From the NCBI RefSeq assembly GCF_963921235.1, contig NC_086101.1:5520001-5584000 (forward strand): DNA of 64,000 bases, in the 5' to 3' direction. Below are positions 23,800 through 37,709 of this stretch, piece after piece. Under the pieces are notes generated by a model, which searched no databases, was not told where the DNA came from, and worked only from the letters and a program-made list of their open reading frames with translations. This DNA comes from Mobula hypostoma. Taxonomy: Eukaryota. Position 1 is the first letter of the stretch; each line of letters begins with the position of its first letter. A program made the translations under genes and the position numbers.

Positions 23800-24620
23800 A
23801 TCAAGTCAGAATCAGGTTTAATATCACCGGCATATGTCGTGAAGTTTTTTTGTTTTTGTGGCAGCAGTACATTGCAATACATAATAACAAAAATGATAAA
23901 TTACAATGATCAGTATCTATAAAATATAAATTACATTAGTAGAACAAAAAGAGAAGGGAGACTACTGATGTATTGTTCATGGGACAGACGAGAAGAAGCC
24001 GATCCTGAAATGTTGAGTGTGTCTTCAGGCTCCTGGGCTCCTCCTTGAAGGTAGTAAGGGGAAGAGGATATGCCCTGTGTGATGGGGCTCCCTAATGATG
24101 GTTGCTGCCTTTCTAAGGCATCACCTTTAGAAGATGTCCTAGATGTTGTGGAGGCTGGAGCCCATGATGGAGCTGGCTGAGTTTACAACTTTCTGCTGCT
24201 TTTTCCGATCCTGTGCGGTGGCCCCTCCACACCAGACGGTGATGCAAACAGTTAGAATGTTCTCCACAGTACATCTGTGAAAATCTGCGAATGTCTTTGG
24301 TGACATACCACATCTCCCCAAACTCCTATTGAAATATAGCCACTATGTGCCTTCTTTGTAATTACATCAATATGTTGGGCCCAGGAGAGATCCTCAGAGA
24401 CGTTGACACCCAGAAACTTGAAACCGCTCACCCTTTCCACTGCCGATCCCTTGATGAGGACTGGTGTGTGTTCCCTCCACTTAACCCTTCCTGAAGCCCA
24501 CAATCAATTCCTTAGAGTGCAAGATTGTTGCTGTAACACCACTCAACTAGCTGATCTGTCTTGCTCCTGTACACCTCCTCGATGCCATCTGAAATTCTCC
24601 CAACAATAGTTGTGGCATCA
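23800..24620 (-). mobile_element. Degenerate Rex1/Babar-like LINE
   Basis: EHTPVLIKGSAVERVSGFKFLGVNVSEDLSWAQHID. Confidence 0.75.
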
Positions 24621-25069
24621 ATAAGTCGCCGATGTATCTCTGTAAGATCCTCCAGACCCCTGCTAGCTGCTGTGGGAGGCAAGGGAGGAGATTGCTGGGG
24701 ATTCTGACAGAGACTTTCAAACCTTCGCACTTCATAACTGAAGTGCCAGATGACCGTCAGTGTGGCCAGTAAGATGAAAAAATCTCTGAATCGGCCCAGC
24801 AGTCCCCTCCCTTGCATCCCAAGCAGCCTCTGGGGACTGTAGAAGTGTACAGATGGGGAGGGTTCCTCCACATATGGTACCTTTATTCTGCAAGGGCAGA
24901 AGGAAATTGTAATTCTGTGAGCATAACATCAGTGTTATGGAAGCTATTGGGAAAAATAAACCTGAGGGACGGAATATCGTACACAGGGAAAGTCAAGGAG
25001 TAATCAGTCATATGCAGCATGGCTTTATTAGAAGCAGACTTGGTCTGTCCAATTTGATTAAATCTTTGG

Positions 25070-25695
25070 GACATGGAACAATACAGAACAAAAACAGGCT
25101 CTTCGGCCCACAATATTGTGCTGAACTAATTAAATTAGTAATCAAATGGCCAACTAAACTAATCCCTTCTGCCTACACAATGTCCATATCCCTCCATTTT
25201 CCTCACATTCATGTGCCTGTCTACACGTCTCTAATGGATCTGCCTCTCCCACCACCCCAGGCAGCGCATTCCAGGAGCCCGCCACTGTCTGTGTAAAAAA
25301 AAAATAACACTTGCCCTTCACATCTCCTTTGAATTTACCCCCTTTCATCTTAAATGCAAGCCCTCTGGTATTAGACATATCAACCCTGGGGAAAAGGTAC
25401 TCTCTGTATCTATACCCCTCATAATCTTATAAACCTCTATCAGATCTCCTCTCTGTCTCTGCCGATCCAGAGAAAACAACCCAAGTTTATCCAACCTGTC
25501 ATTATAGCACATGCCCTCTAATCCAGGCAACATCTGGTAAACCTCTCCTATGTCTTCTCCAAAGCCTCGACATCCTTCCTATAATGGAGTGACCAGAACT
25601 GTATGTAATACTCCAGATGTGGCCTAACTAAGGTTTTATAAAGCTGCAAAATAAATTCCTGACTCTTGAACACAATATCTCGACTAATAGAGGCC
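25070..25695 (-). mobile_element. Degenerate CR1 3' portion
   Basis: LQLYKTLVRPHLEYYIQFWS; MLPGLEGMCYNDRLDKLGL. Confidence 0.8.
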
Positions 25696-25759
25696 CTGTG
25701 CCTCCCTGGAGAGGTAACAAACAGTACTGATGAGAGTTGTTGGTGTGGTCGAACACTGG

Positions 25760-28545
25760 AGCTCAGAAACGGGCCCTTTGGCCCTTCTAGTCTGTGCCAA
25801 ACCATTAACCTGCCTAGTCTTGTCGACTCGCACCCAGAACGTAGTCCTCCACGTGCCTCCCGTCTATGTCCTTGTCCAAATTCCTCTTAATCCTTGAAAA
25901 TGACTCTGCTTCCACCACTTGCACCACTCTGACTGAAGAATCTCCCCCTCATGATCCCCTGAAACATTTCACCTTTCACCCCTAACCCATGACTTCTAGT
26001 TGTAGTCTCGCCCAACTTCAGTGGAAAAATCATCTCCCCTTAATCTTCTATGTTCTGGGGGATAAAGTCCTAAACTATTCAACCTTTCCCTATAACTCCA
26101 GTCCTCAAGTCTTGGCAATGCCTTGTACATCTTCTCTGTGCTCTTTTGACCTTATTGATATCTTTCCTGTAGGTGGGTGACCAAAACTGCACACAATACT
26201 CCAAATTAGGCCACACAAACATCTCATACAATTTCAACATAACATCCCAACTCTTGTACTCAGTACATCGATTTATGAAGGTAAATGCGCCAGAAACTTT
26301 CTTTACAACACTATCTACATACTTGTGATGCCACTTCCAAGGTATTATGGATCTGTGTTCCCAGATTCTTCTGCTCTACCACACTCCTCAGTGTTCTTGC
26401 ACTCACCGTGTAAGACATACGCTGCTTGGTCCTTCCAAAATGCAACACCTCGCACTTGTCCGCATTAAATTCCATCTGCTATTTTTTTCAACTGGTCCAG
26501 ATCCTACTGGAAGTGTTGATAGTCTTCCTTATTGTCCACTACACCGCGTCCCCGCCCCCCCCCCGCCAATCTTGGTGTCATCCATAAATTTACTGATCCA
26601 GTTAACCACATTATCATCCAGATCATTGATATAGATGACAAACAACAAAAGACCCAGCACCGAACCCTGCGGCGCACCACTAGTCACTGACCTCTAGTCG
26701 GAGAGGCTACCATCTACTACCACTCTCTGGTTCCTTCTGTGGAAAATCCAATTTACTACCTCATCTTGAATGCCGAGTGATGGAAACTTCTTGGCCAGCC
26801 TCCCATGTGGGACCTTGTCAAATGCCTTACTAAATTCTATGTAGACAAGAACTACTGCCTTGCCTTCATCAACTTGCCTGGTAACTTCCTTGAAAAAATC
26901 AGTCTATGTCTATCCAAATACTTATATTTCCAGCCCCTTAACTTTCCCTCTTCTTATGTCAGGCTCACCAGCCTATAATTTCCTGGCTTATTCTTGGAGT
27001 CTTTCATAAACAACAGACCAACTCCAGCGACTCTCCAATCCTCCAGCACCTCACCCATGTATTAAATATCTCCGTTAGGAGCCCTGCAGCTTCTGCACTA
27101 GCCTCCCCCCCCACAGGGTCCGGACCTGGGGATTTATCCACTCTAAATCCGCTCAAGATGCCAAATATCTCCTCTGCGTAATCTCTGGAGAGTTCATGAC
27201 CTTGCTGCTGCTTTGCCTCACTTCTATAGACTCTGTGTCTGTCTCCTGAGTAAATCCAGATGCAAAAAAATCCATTTAAGATCTCCCCCATCTCCTTTGG
27301 CTCCAAGCATAGATTACCTCTCTGATCTTCCAAAGGACTATTTTGTCCCTTGCTATCCTTTGCTCTTATTGTATCTATGCAATCTCTCGGGATTCTCCTT
27401 CACCTTGTCTGCTAAAGCAACCTCATGTCTTCTTTTAGCCTTCCTGATTTCCTTCTTCTGTTCTCTTGCATTTCCAATCCTTCACAAGTACCTCATTTGT
27501 TCCTGCCTGCCTTTACCTGCTATACACTTCCTTTTTTTAATTAACAAGGGCCTCAATATCTCTTGAAGACCAAGGTTCCTTACACTTGTTATATTTTACC
27601 TTTTATTCTGACAGGCTTTGTACTCTTAAAATCTCTCACTTACCAAGTGCACCTCTGCCAGAAAACAGCCTGTCCCAATCCACACCTACCAGATCCTTTC
27701 TAATGCCATCTAAAATGGCCTTTGTCCAATTTCGAGTCTCAAGCCAAGGACCAACTCTATCTTTTTCCATAATTACCCTGAAACTAATGGCTTTATGATC
27801 ACTAGATGCAAAGTGTTCCTTTAAACACTTCTCTCACCTGCCTTATCTCAGTCCCTAATAGAAGATCCAGTATCACTCTCTCTCATTGGGACTTCTATGT
27901 ACTGATTAAAGAAATTTTCCTGAACACATTTGACAATCTCTTCTCACAGTATGGGAGTCCCAGACAATATGTGGAATGTTAAAATCACCTATCATAACAA
28001 CCTTGGGATTCGTGCAACAGTCTGCAATCTCTCCACAAACTTGTTCCTCTCTGACTTGGATGGTCTGTAATATAATCCCATTAATGTGGTGATAGCTTTC
28101 TTATTCCTCAGCTCTACCCATAACACCTCACCAGACGAGCTCGCCAGTCTGTCCTGACAGGGCACTGCTGTGACATTTTCCCTGACTAATCATGCCACCC
28201 CTCCCCCTTTAATCCCTCACGCTCTGTCATGTGTAAAACAATGGAACCCCAGTGCAGTGAGCTGCCAGTCCTGCCCCTCCTGCAAACAAGTCTCACTAAT
28301 AGCTACAATGTCATAATTCCATGTGCTGATCCATACCCTAAGCTCATCCGCCTTTCCTACAGGACGCCTTGCATTGAAATATACACAGCTCAGAACATTA
28401 GTCCCAGCTTGTTAAACTTTTAGAGCCCTGACCTTGTATGTAGGCTTAAGAAAATCTATGTACACAGCCACTCCAATATCTGTTCTGGTGCTCTAGTTCC
28501 CATCCCCCTGCATCTCTAGTTTAACCTCTGCCCCGGGGTAGAAGC
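25760..28545 (-). mobile_element. Old CR1 spanning the end of ORF1 and most of ORF2, heavily degraded
   Basis: DFSKAFDKVPH, TSGAPQGSVLG, DQRGNLCLEPKEMGEILN and endonuclease remnants occur in the expected order. Confidence 0.8.
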
Positions 28546-28559
28546 TTCAAGGCAGGTAA

Positions 28560-28930
28560 TAGACAGCGTATAGAGAGCCAGAGGGGTTTACATAGACAAA
28601 GAGGGCCAGAGGGGTTTACATGGACAGAGTACGGAGGGCCAGAGGGGTTTACCTAGACAGAGTATAAAGGGCCAGAGGGGCTTACAGACAGACAGAGTAT
28701 AGAGGACTGGAGGGGTTTACAGACAGAGTACAGAGGACTGGAGGGGTTTACAGACAGAGTACAGAGGACTGGAGGGGTTTACAGACAGAGTATAGGGGAC
28801 TGGAGGGGTTTACAGACAGAGTACAGAGGACTGGAGGGGTTTACAGATGGAGTATAGGAGACTGTAGGGGCTTACAGAGTACAGGGGACTGTAGGGTTTC
28901 ACTGACAGAATATAGGGAGTGGAGTGGTTT
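28560..28930. repeat. Minisatellite, ~31-33-bp unit ACAGAGTACAGAGGACTGGAGGGGTTTACAG
   Basis: Period visible at 28741 and 28772. Confidence 0.85.
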
Positions 28931-30309
28931 ACAGAGGGCAAAGGGATTGCTGAGGGATTGCAGGGTAGGGGGGAAGCAGAGAATGGACAAGGTTCCAGAC
29001 AACAGGAGAGCGTGGAGAACTGCTGGGAATTGCAGGCTAGATTTTTGTTCAGGTTTACTAAATCATCACATGGACGTCGAAACCTATAGTGAAATGTGTT
29101 GTTTACATTAATACCCAACACAACCCCAGGATGTGCTGTGGGCAGCCCACAAGTGTCACCACACATTCCAGCACCAACGTAGCATGTCCCCATCGCTCAG
29201 CAAAACAGCACAAGCAACGACAGCAACAGGGACTGCCCCCCTGCCCGGTCTGGAAACTGGACTGCGGCAGACAGGAAGCCTCTACAAGAAGTAGTTAAAT
29301 CTGCCCAACGCCTTGCTGGCACCAGCCTATCTACCATCAGGGACATTGTACACAGAAAGATGCCGGAATTGAGCCAGTAACAACATGAAGGATCCCACGC
29401 CAGGACGCAGAGCCAGGCAGTAAGAGTGATCAGCACCTCCAGCCACTAACCCTGTGTACGGACAATCAACCTATGTATATCAGCTATCTTACAGCACAGT
29501 ATGCACACACACACACATATATATAAAACAAATTTCAATACATATGTGAGTGATCATAAACCTGATTCTGATATGGGTCTCTTTTGTGGACTGAGGGTGG
29601 GAAGGGGGCAGGGAGAGGGGAATTGTGGTTGGCAGTATGGGGAGAGAGAGGAGGGAGAGCAGGAAGTACCAGAGAGACATTCTGCAATGTTCAATAGACC
29701 AATTGTTTGGAATCAGATGACCTTCCCTGGTGTCTCAAGGGTGGGTTTGTCCACACCTCCCACCAGATTTACAAACTTGCTCTGAACTCCATGTTGACAA
29801 GTACAGCACTCTGCAAAATTCCTGGACACCACAGCTCTATATATGGGCCTAAAGCTTTTGCACAGTTCTGTACGTACTTATATTTGTGGTGTTTTTTAAA
29901 TTTATGATTGTGTTCTTTATCTTTTGTGGTTTTTTTTGTGCTGCCTTGCAGTTGGAGTTACAATTATTTTGTTCTCCTTACTGGAAATGACATTAAACAA
30001 TCTCGAATCTGGGACAAATTGAAGCCGATATGCTCTCTCCCACCGATGGGAAGATACAGAGAGCGAAGGATCGAGATGACAGAGGTCAACTGCAGAGCGG
30101 GGATGGAAGGATGTGACAAACAGCCGGAATAGATGAAGAAACATCACTCTTTGATGAACTGTCCATGAGAGGGGTTGAGGACACAGTGATGGGAGCTTTC
30201 TCAGAGAGTCCATACTCTTGGCCAAACTGGGCTTGCCAACTGGGAAGCAGCAACGAGTTTTGCTGTAAGTGCATCAGGAGTCAAATTCCTGTTCCTATTT
30301 CCGTTCTGA

Positions 30310-30805
30310 TATTTCAGTCCATGGTTGCCTCTTTTGCTAAGATGAGGCCACTCTCAGGAAGAAGGAGGAACATCTGGGTAGCCTCCAACCTGATGGCATG
30401 AACACTGATTTCTCCTTCCAGTGAAAATTTCCCTCCCCCTTTCCTCTTCTTCAATTCCCCACTCTGGCCTCTTAGCTTTTCTCCTCACCTGCCTATCAGC
30501 TCCCCATGGTTCCCCTTCTTCTTCCGTTTCCTCTCTTATCAGATTCCTTCTTCCCCAGCCCTTTACCTCCCCTACCCACCAGTGTCAACTATCACCTTCA
30601 AACCAGTCCTCTTTCTCCTCCTTCCACTCCCCCCAACTTTTTTTGTTCTTGTGCCTTCCCCTTCCTTTACAGTCCTGATGAAGGGTCTCGGCCCGAAACA
30701 TCGACTGTTTACTCTTTGCCATAGATGCTGCCTGGCCTGCTAAATTCCTCCAGCATTTTGTGTGTGTTGCTCTGCATTTCCAACAGCTGCAGAATCTCTT
30801 GTGTT
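30310..30805 (+). mobile_element. Penelope-like element 3' end: GIY-YIG C-terminus, pyrimidine tract and terminal repeat
   Basis: EHLGSLQPDGMNTDFS remnant; hammerhead motif at 30669-30708. Confidence 0.75.
30669..30708 (+). ncRNA. Minimal hammerhead ribozyme motif with a 6-bp stem I; cleavage triplet AUC instead of GUC
   Basis: ACAGUC-CUGAUGA-A-GGGUCUCGGCCC-GAAAC-AUC-GACUGU. Confidence 0.6.
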
Positions 30806-31132
30806 CAGGAGTCTAAATGCGTCGTTCACAACTTCCTTCATTTCATATTCGGCATTTAATAAAAATATCTGAAACTTGGCCAATTATCTAACAGACTGGC
30901 ACAAGCAACTGCTGTCAGATTGTCCAGCGCCAGATGCACATCTGGTCACAAGGAGGTCAGAAAACATCTGGAGCCTGTGTTTATAAACATGATTAAGATA
31001 TTGTGCAATCGGTTTTAAATCTTAAGTGGAAACGCACGTGAATTATGACAAAATACTCTGAGTAACTTTAACTTGCTCAATCATAGTTTTGAAATGCAGG
31101 AACGAATAAATTGGCACTCAGAATGGTTTCCA

Positions 31133-31134
<2 letters not shown>

Positions 31135-31179
<45 letters not shown>

Positions 31180-31205
31180 GTGTGTGCGTGTGTGTGTGTG
31201 TATGT

Positions 31206-31247
<42 letters not shown>

Positions 31248-31852
31248 ATGTGCATGTGTGTGTGTGAGTGTGTGTATGTGTGTGTGTGTGTGTGCGCATG
31301 TGTGTGTGTGTGAGAGTGTGTGTGTGTGTATGTGCGTGTGTGTGTGCGCATGTGTGTGTGTGTGCGCATGTGTGTGTGTGTATGTGCGTGTGTGTGTATG
31401 TGTGTGTGTGTGTGCGCGCATGTGTGTGTGTGTGAGAGTGTGTGTGTGTGTATGTGTATGTGTGTGTGTGTGTATGTGTGTGTGTGTGTGCGCGCATGTG
31501 TGTGTATGTGTATGTGTGTGTGTGTATGTGTGTGTGTGTGTGCGCGCATGTGTGTGTATGTGTATGTGTGTGTGTGTGTATGTGTGTGAGTGTGTGTGTG
31601 TGTGTGTGTGTGCGCGTGTGTGTGCGTGTATGTGCATGTGTGTGTGTGAGTGTGTGTATGTGTGTGTGTGTGTGTGCGCATGTGTGTGTGTGTGAGAGTG
31701 TGTGTGTGTGTATGTGCGTGTGTGTGTATGTGTGTGCGCATGTGTGTGTGTGTATGTGCGTGTGTGTGTATGTGTGTGTGTGTGTGCGCGCATGTGTGTG
31801 TGTGTGAGAGTGTGTGTGTGTGTGTGTGAGTGTGAGTGTGTGTGTGTGTGTG
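31135..31852. repeat. Compound (TG)n microsatellite, ~720 bp
   Basis: Directly visible. Confidence 0.98.
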
Positions 31853-32176
31853 TACTTTAAAAAGGGAGATCCTGGCTATTTCTCCCCTTGTGCTTTCTGC
31901 ACTGTATAAAAACATCATTACTGATGTGATGACTCTACACAAACCCCTCATCCTTTTCACAAACCAAAAACTGATTTCATCTTGTGTCTTGAATCTACCC
32001 AGTCACCGACTCTCCGTACAATCCTCTTGGTTGGGCGGAGAATTCCAGAGACCCTCCACCCTCTGGGTGAGGAAACCTCTTCCTTCCTCTCCGAACAGTC
32101 GACCTTTTACTTTGAGGGAGTTGCCAAGCACCTCATCTGCACTTCCATTTTCCAATAAATTCAGGAGTGCAGCAGT

Positions 32177-33260
32177 TTGGTGATATCCAAAAAGAAGGAG
32201 AATCCTATCTGCAAGCTGAGAATAAACGGGGGAGACATAAAACAAGTAGAGAACTTTTGCTACTTAGGAAGCTGGGTGACATCAGATGGCAGGTGTGAGT
32301 TGGACATCAAAAGAAGAATAGAGATGGCAAAAGACACCTTTTTTAGATTAGATTATGAGGACAGTCAGTCCTCGTTTATTGTCATTTAGAAATGCATGCA
32401 TTAAAAAATGATACAATGTTCCTCCAGAAAGATATCACAGAAACACAGGACAAACCAAGACTAAAACTGACAAAACCACATAATTATAACATATAGTTAC
32501 AACAGTGCAAAGCAATACCGTAATTTGATAAAGAGCAGACCATGGGCACGGTAAAAAAAAAGTCTCAAGTCCCGATAGCCCCATAATCTCACGCAGACAG
32601 AAGTGCTGCAAACTTGCCAATGCATTGGAAGCACCCGACCGCAGCCGACTCTGAGTCTGTCCGAAAACTTCGAGCTTCCGACCAGCCCTCCGACACCGAG
32701 CACCGAGCACCATTTCTGCCGAGCGCTTCGACCCCCGCCTCGGCCGCTGAGCAACAAGCAAAATGGAGGACTTGGTGCCTTCCCCTCCGGAGATTTACGA
32801 GAATGAAGAGTATACTGACCAATACTAAACTAGGCATGACAACCCACCTCAAAGTACTGAAATGTTACGTTTATCCAGTTATGTTATATGGCTCTGAATG
32901 TCCGACAATATCTTGTTACATGAGGAAATGAATTTTAGCAGCAGAGATGTGGTTTTTGAGGAGGATGCAAAGAATATCATGAACGAAATGAATATCTAAC
33001 GAGGATGTCATGAACAGAGCAAACACAAAAAGAGAAATAATGTATGAGATCATGAAAAGGCAACGTAACTTCATTGGACATGTGATTAGGAAAGAGGAGT
33101 TAGAATGCACGGGAATTATGGGAAAGATTGAGGGGAAGAAAGCAAGAGGAAGACAAGGACAAATGATGATGGAGACAGCAGCCAGAGAACTGGAAATGAA
33201 TACCAATGAATTGATCCACTTGACCCGAAACAGGAGTGTGTGGGCCATGGCAGTCAAAGC
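32177..33260 (+). mobile_element. RTE-clade LINE 3' portion interrupted by a non-autonomous element
   Basis: IKQVENFCYLGSWVTSDGRCELDIKRRIEMAKDTF|TRMKSILTN...PVMLYGSEC...FIGHVIRK...GKIEGKKARGR. Confidence 0.85.
32343..32793 (-). mobile_element. Unclassified non-autonomous retroelement related to 1789-2386
   Basis: Shared body and AATAAA...CATAATCTAATCTAA tail; cleanly splits the RTE ORF. Confidence 0.65.
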
Positions 33261-33647
33261 ACCTGGTAATGATGACGAGTGCAGTGATTAGAGTAACACT
33301 CGGCAGCACCAGCAACAACAGTTCGCAATTCAATTCCCGCCGCTGTCTGTAAGCAGTTTGTACTTTCTCTCCGCAACCGTGTGGGTTTCCTCTGGGTGCT
33401 CTGGCTTTCTCCCACATTCCTAAGATGCACAGGTTAGTAGGTTAATTGGGCCCATGGTTGTAGTTGGTTAGTACGGGCTTGTTGGGCAATAAAAGCTTAT
33501 TACAATGGAGTACCTCTCAATAAAATAACTAAAAATAAATCCGTGTCTGCGCATGTGTACACTGTGTTTGATGGGTCCACTGGTTGCAGAAAAGACAACA
33601 TCGTGGTAGGGTATGCCAGTGCACCTCTCACTTCTGGTTTGTGCATT

Positions 33648-35104
33648 TATAGAAACATAGAAACATAGAAAATAGGTGCAGGAGTAGGCCATTCGGCCCT
33701 TCGAGCCTGCACCGCCATTTATTATGATCATGGCTGATCATCCAACTCAGAACCCCGCCCCAGCCTTCCCTCCATACCCCCTCATCCCTGTAGCCACAAG
33801 GGCCATATCTAAGTCCCTCTTAAACATAGTCAATGAACTGGCCTCAACAGTTTGCTGTGGCAGAGAATTCCACAGATTCACCACTCTCTGTGTGAAGAAG
33901 TTTTTCCTAATCTCGGTCCTAAAAGGCTTCCTCTCTATCCTCAAACTGTGACCCCTCGTTCTGGACTTCCCCAACATCGGGAACAATCTTCCTGCATCTA
34001 GCCTGTCCAATCCCTTTAGGATCTTATACGTTTCAATCAGATCCCCCCTCAATCTTCTAAATTCCAACGAGTACAAGCCCAGTTCATCCAGTCTTTCTTC
34101 ATATGAAAGTCCTGCCATCCCAGGAATCAATCTGGTGAACCTTCTTTGTACTCCCTCTATGGCAAAGATGTCTTTCCTCAGATTAGGGGACCAAAACTGC
34201 ACACAATACTCCAGGTGTGGTCTCACCAAGGCCTTGTACAACTGCAGTAGTACCTCCCTGCTCCTGTACTTGAATCCTCTCGCTATAAATGCCAGCATAC
34301 CATTCACCTTTTTCACCGCCTGCTGTACCTGCATGCCCACTTTCAATGACTGGTGTATAATGACACCCAGGTCTCGTTGCACCTCCCCTTTTCCTAATCG
34401 GCCACCATTCAGATAATAATCTGTTTTCCTATTTTTGCCACCAAAGTGGATAACTTCACATTTATCCACATTAAATTGCATCTGCCATGAGTTTGCCCAC
34501 TCACCCAACCTATCCAAGTCACCCTGCATCCTCTTAGCATCCTCCTCACTGCTAACACTGCCGCCCAGCTTCGTGTCATCCGCAAACTTGGAGATGCTGC
34601 ATTTAATTCCCTCATCCAAGTCATTAATATATATTGTAAACAACTGGGGTCCCAGCACTGAGCCTTGCGGTACCCCACTAGTCACCGCCTGCCATTCTGA
34701 AAAGGTCCCATTTATTCCCACTCTCTTCCCCCTGTCCGCCAACCAATTCTCCACCCACACCAATACCTTACCCCCAATACCGTGTGCTTTAAGTTTGCAC
34801 ACTAATCTCCTGTGTGGGACCTTGTCAAAAGCCTCTTGAGAATCCAAATATACCACATCCACTGGTTCTCCCCTATCCACCCTACTAGTTACATCCTCAA
34901 AAAATTCTATGAGATTCGTCAGACATGATTTTCCTTTCACAAATCCATGCTGACTTTGTCCGATCATTTCTCCGCTTTCCAAATGTGCTGTTATCACATC
35001 TTTGATAACTGACTCCAGCAGTTTCCCCACCACCGACGTAGGCTAACCGGTCTATAATTCCCCAGTTTCTCTCTCCCTCCTTTTTTAAAAATTGGGGTTA
35101 CATA
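33648..35104 (-). mobile_element. Young 5'-truncated CR1 with a 428-aa open RT frame
   Basis: ORF 33747-35033 with QHGF, AFDKVPH, GVPQGSVLGP and FADD; (CTATGTTT)n tail. Confidence 0.95.
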
Positions 35105-36989
35105 TGGCTCACCCCTGCCCTGTATTGCAGATTCTACTCCCCCAGAATTGAACACAGGTAACCATATTGCTTCACTGAGCCAGGGAGGGGAATGCAGACT
35201 GGCCTTCACCAGCACATGGCGTCACAGCAGAAAGAAGTTGTTTTATGTACATTGAAATTTTGAAACATGTGTGAAATCACTAACGACCAGCACAGTCCGA
35301 GGATATGCTGGGGGCAGCCCACAAGCGTCACCGGACTTCTGGCACCAACTTACCCAGAGTACCCGGAGGAAACCCACGTGGTCACGGGGAGAGGAAAGAA
35401 TGTGATAGGAGAGGAGAGGAGGGTGGACCATAGGAGGAAGGGAAGGAGGTGGAGTGTGACAGGCAGGTGAAGAGCAGAGGGAAGATGCCAGAGGGGGAAA
35501 TTGAAGAGAGAAGGGAGAGGGAAACACTTGGTCGGTGACTGATAGATTATTAATTTCAAAGTTCAAAGTAAATTTATGATCAGAGTATGTACATGTGTCC
35601 ATATACTATCCTGAGGTACATTCTCTTGCAGACTCTTGAAGCAAAATAAAGAAATACAATAGAATTAATGAAAAGAAATACATAAGCAAAGACTGACAAT
35701 GGGCTTTCTCTATTCGTTTTACAGCTGTACAGATCAACCATTGCTCTGAGCAGGAAATTTTTACACGGCCTGAAAACTGCGGGCACTTTGTGATGTAGAA
35801 GAAAATTCCAGCTGTGCTGCTACAAAGGCGATATGCGCGGCAGCATTTCAATTACTTCGCAGCCAGGCAGTGTCTGTGCCGGCAAACAACCTCTGTTCAA
35901 AAGATTATTCATGCAAATTTACAAGAAACAATACTGAGTTGTCAAATCCTTGAAAGTGAGCCTGTAGGTTGTGGATTAAGTTCAGAATTGAGATGAGTGA
36001 AGAGACATTTCCATTGCAAAGGAATTGAATGCTTTATAGACGGTAATAATCATATTTCAATTTGAATTTGTTCACATACTTGCTGTTTGTATGTCATGTA
36101 TTTTTGTGTGAATAAACGTTTGTGGTTTTGTGGAAGAAAAGACTTTTCCATTCCTGAGCATTAATGCTTCCACTTCGTACTGGATGTATCGAGTCCAGAT
36201 ACTCTGCACTGCATGTATCCGTTCACATACGCAGATGAATGATTACTGGTTGTCTCATCTCTCCGACTCTGAGTAGCCACATTGGCCTGACAGTTGGTTC
36301 TTTCACTTTTTAAGAAAGATCAGATCTGCCAGACAGAAGTGCCTGCACTTTCCGAGGAGGCCGAAGAGAGCTGGACTTCGCACGTCCATGCTCCCACTGG
36401 AGAGCATCCCGAACGGACTGCTTCACCGCTTGGTACAGCAACAGCGCTGCGGACAGGAAGGCTGGACAGTGGGAATTCAAAATGCCCAGCACTGGCACCA
36501 AGGACATATATCCGGAAGGTGCTGGAAAAGGGCCAGTAACATCATGAAGGATCCCACCCACCCTGCTCATATCCCACTCCCATCAGGGAGGAGGTTACGT
36601 AGCATCCACGCCAGGACCACCAGACTCAAAAACAATTACTTTCCCCAACACCTCCACCCACTAACTCCACCGATGCTTTAATATTTCCCAACAGTCACCT
36701 GATGTACAGCCCAGCGCCACTTTATGGCCATACAATCAATGAATGCATTTCAGCTATCCCATGTATTTATATTTATTGTGTGTTTTAATTATTATTGTAT
36801 TCTTTATCTTTTCAGGGTTTTTTTGCGCTGCACCGGATCCGGAGTAATAATTCTCCTTACACTTTTGTAGTACAAATGGGATTAAACAATCTTGAAATTT
36901 GAAAAGGACCACATTTCACCGCAGCCAGAACACCCTGGTATGCAGGAATATGGGTCCGAGGAAACAGCTTTGCTTGTTTTCTCATCTCA

Positions 36990-37300
36990 AGGTTGGCCGA
37001 GTACGGTAAATCCGGTCTGCGCTGCCCCGGTCGGAGCCAGCTTTGAAATACTTTGGGAATGGTGCAATGTGGCAGGCGGCAGGCGACAGGAATGGAAAGT
37101 ATGCCGCTGATGGTGTTTTTGGCACAGCTGGAGGAAGAGTGAGGGGGTGGGGGGGGGGGGGGGTCAGGCTGGCCGTGGTCAGCGTTGTAATTGAAAGCAT
37201 CTGCCTGCTGCTAGGGGCCGGCGTGAGGACAGCGTCACGCCCCTCGGGGAAGCGCCGGAGCCGGCGCATCTGTTTTGAGCAGCGCAGGGACTAAAATTCC
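36990..37300. promoter_or_regulatory. CpG-rich non-repetitive island; candidate promoter or enhancer
   Basis: Locally dense CpG; GGAATG motifs near 37056 and 37089. Confidence 0.35.
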
Positions 37301-37709
37301 TGATGATCACCTCTGCCGAAGATAGACCAAAAAAAAAACTAACTCATCTATCCCAATGGGGAAATGACCCCCACCCCTTCGGCTCCCTGGCTAAACCCTG
37401 CCTATTCTTGTAATATTTTTCTGAGGTATCTTACAAACACTTTTCCTCCTCGCATACCTTATAGTACTGCTGGAATTAGGCTTATCCTTGTAAACTTTAA
37501 CTACCTTATTCGTGGGTGGTTGGGAAGCTATGAAGTTGTTCACTAATGTCAGTCGGACTAAAACTTTGGCGGCGGCACGATAGCGTAGCGTCTCGGGCTC
37601 GGCTCCCGCCGCCGTCTGGAGGAAGCTTGTACTTTATTCCCCGTGGGGTTGCTCCGAGTACTCCAGTTTTTCTCTCACAGTACAAAGACGTACGGATTAG
37701 TAGGTTTTC

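Noticed and set aside
31077..31960. His-Thr and Val-Cys rich ORFs
   Set aside because: Translation of the (TG)n microsatellite.
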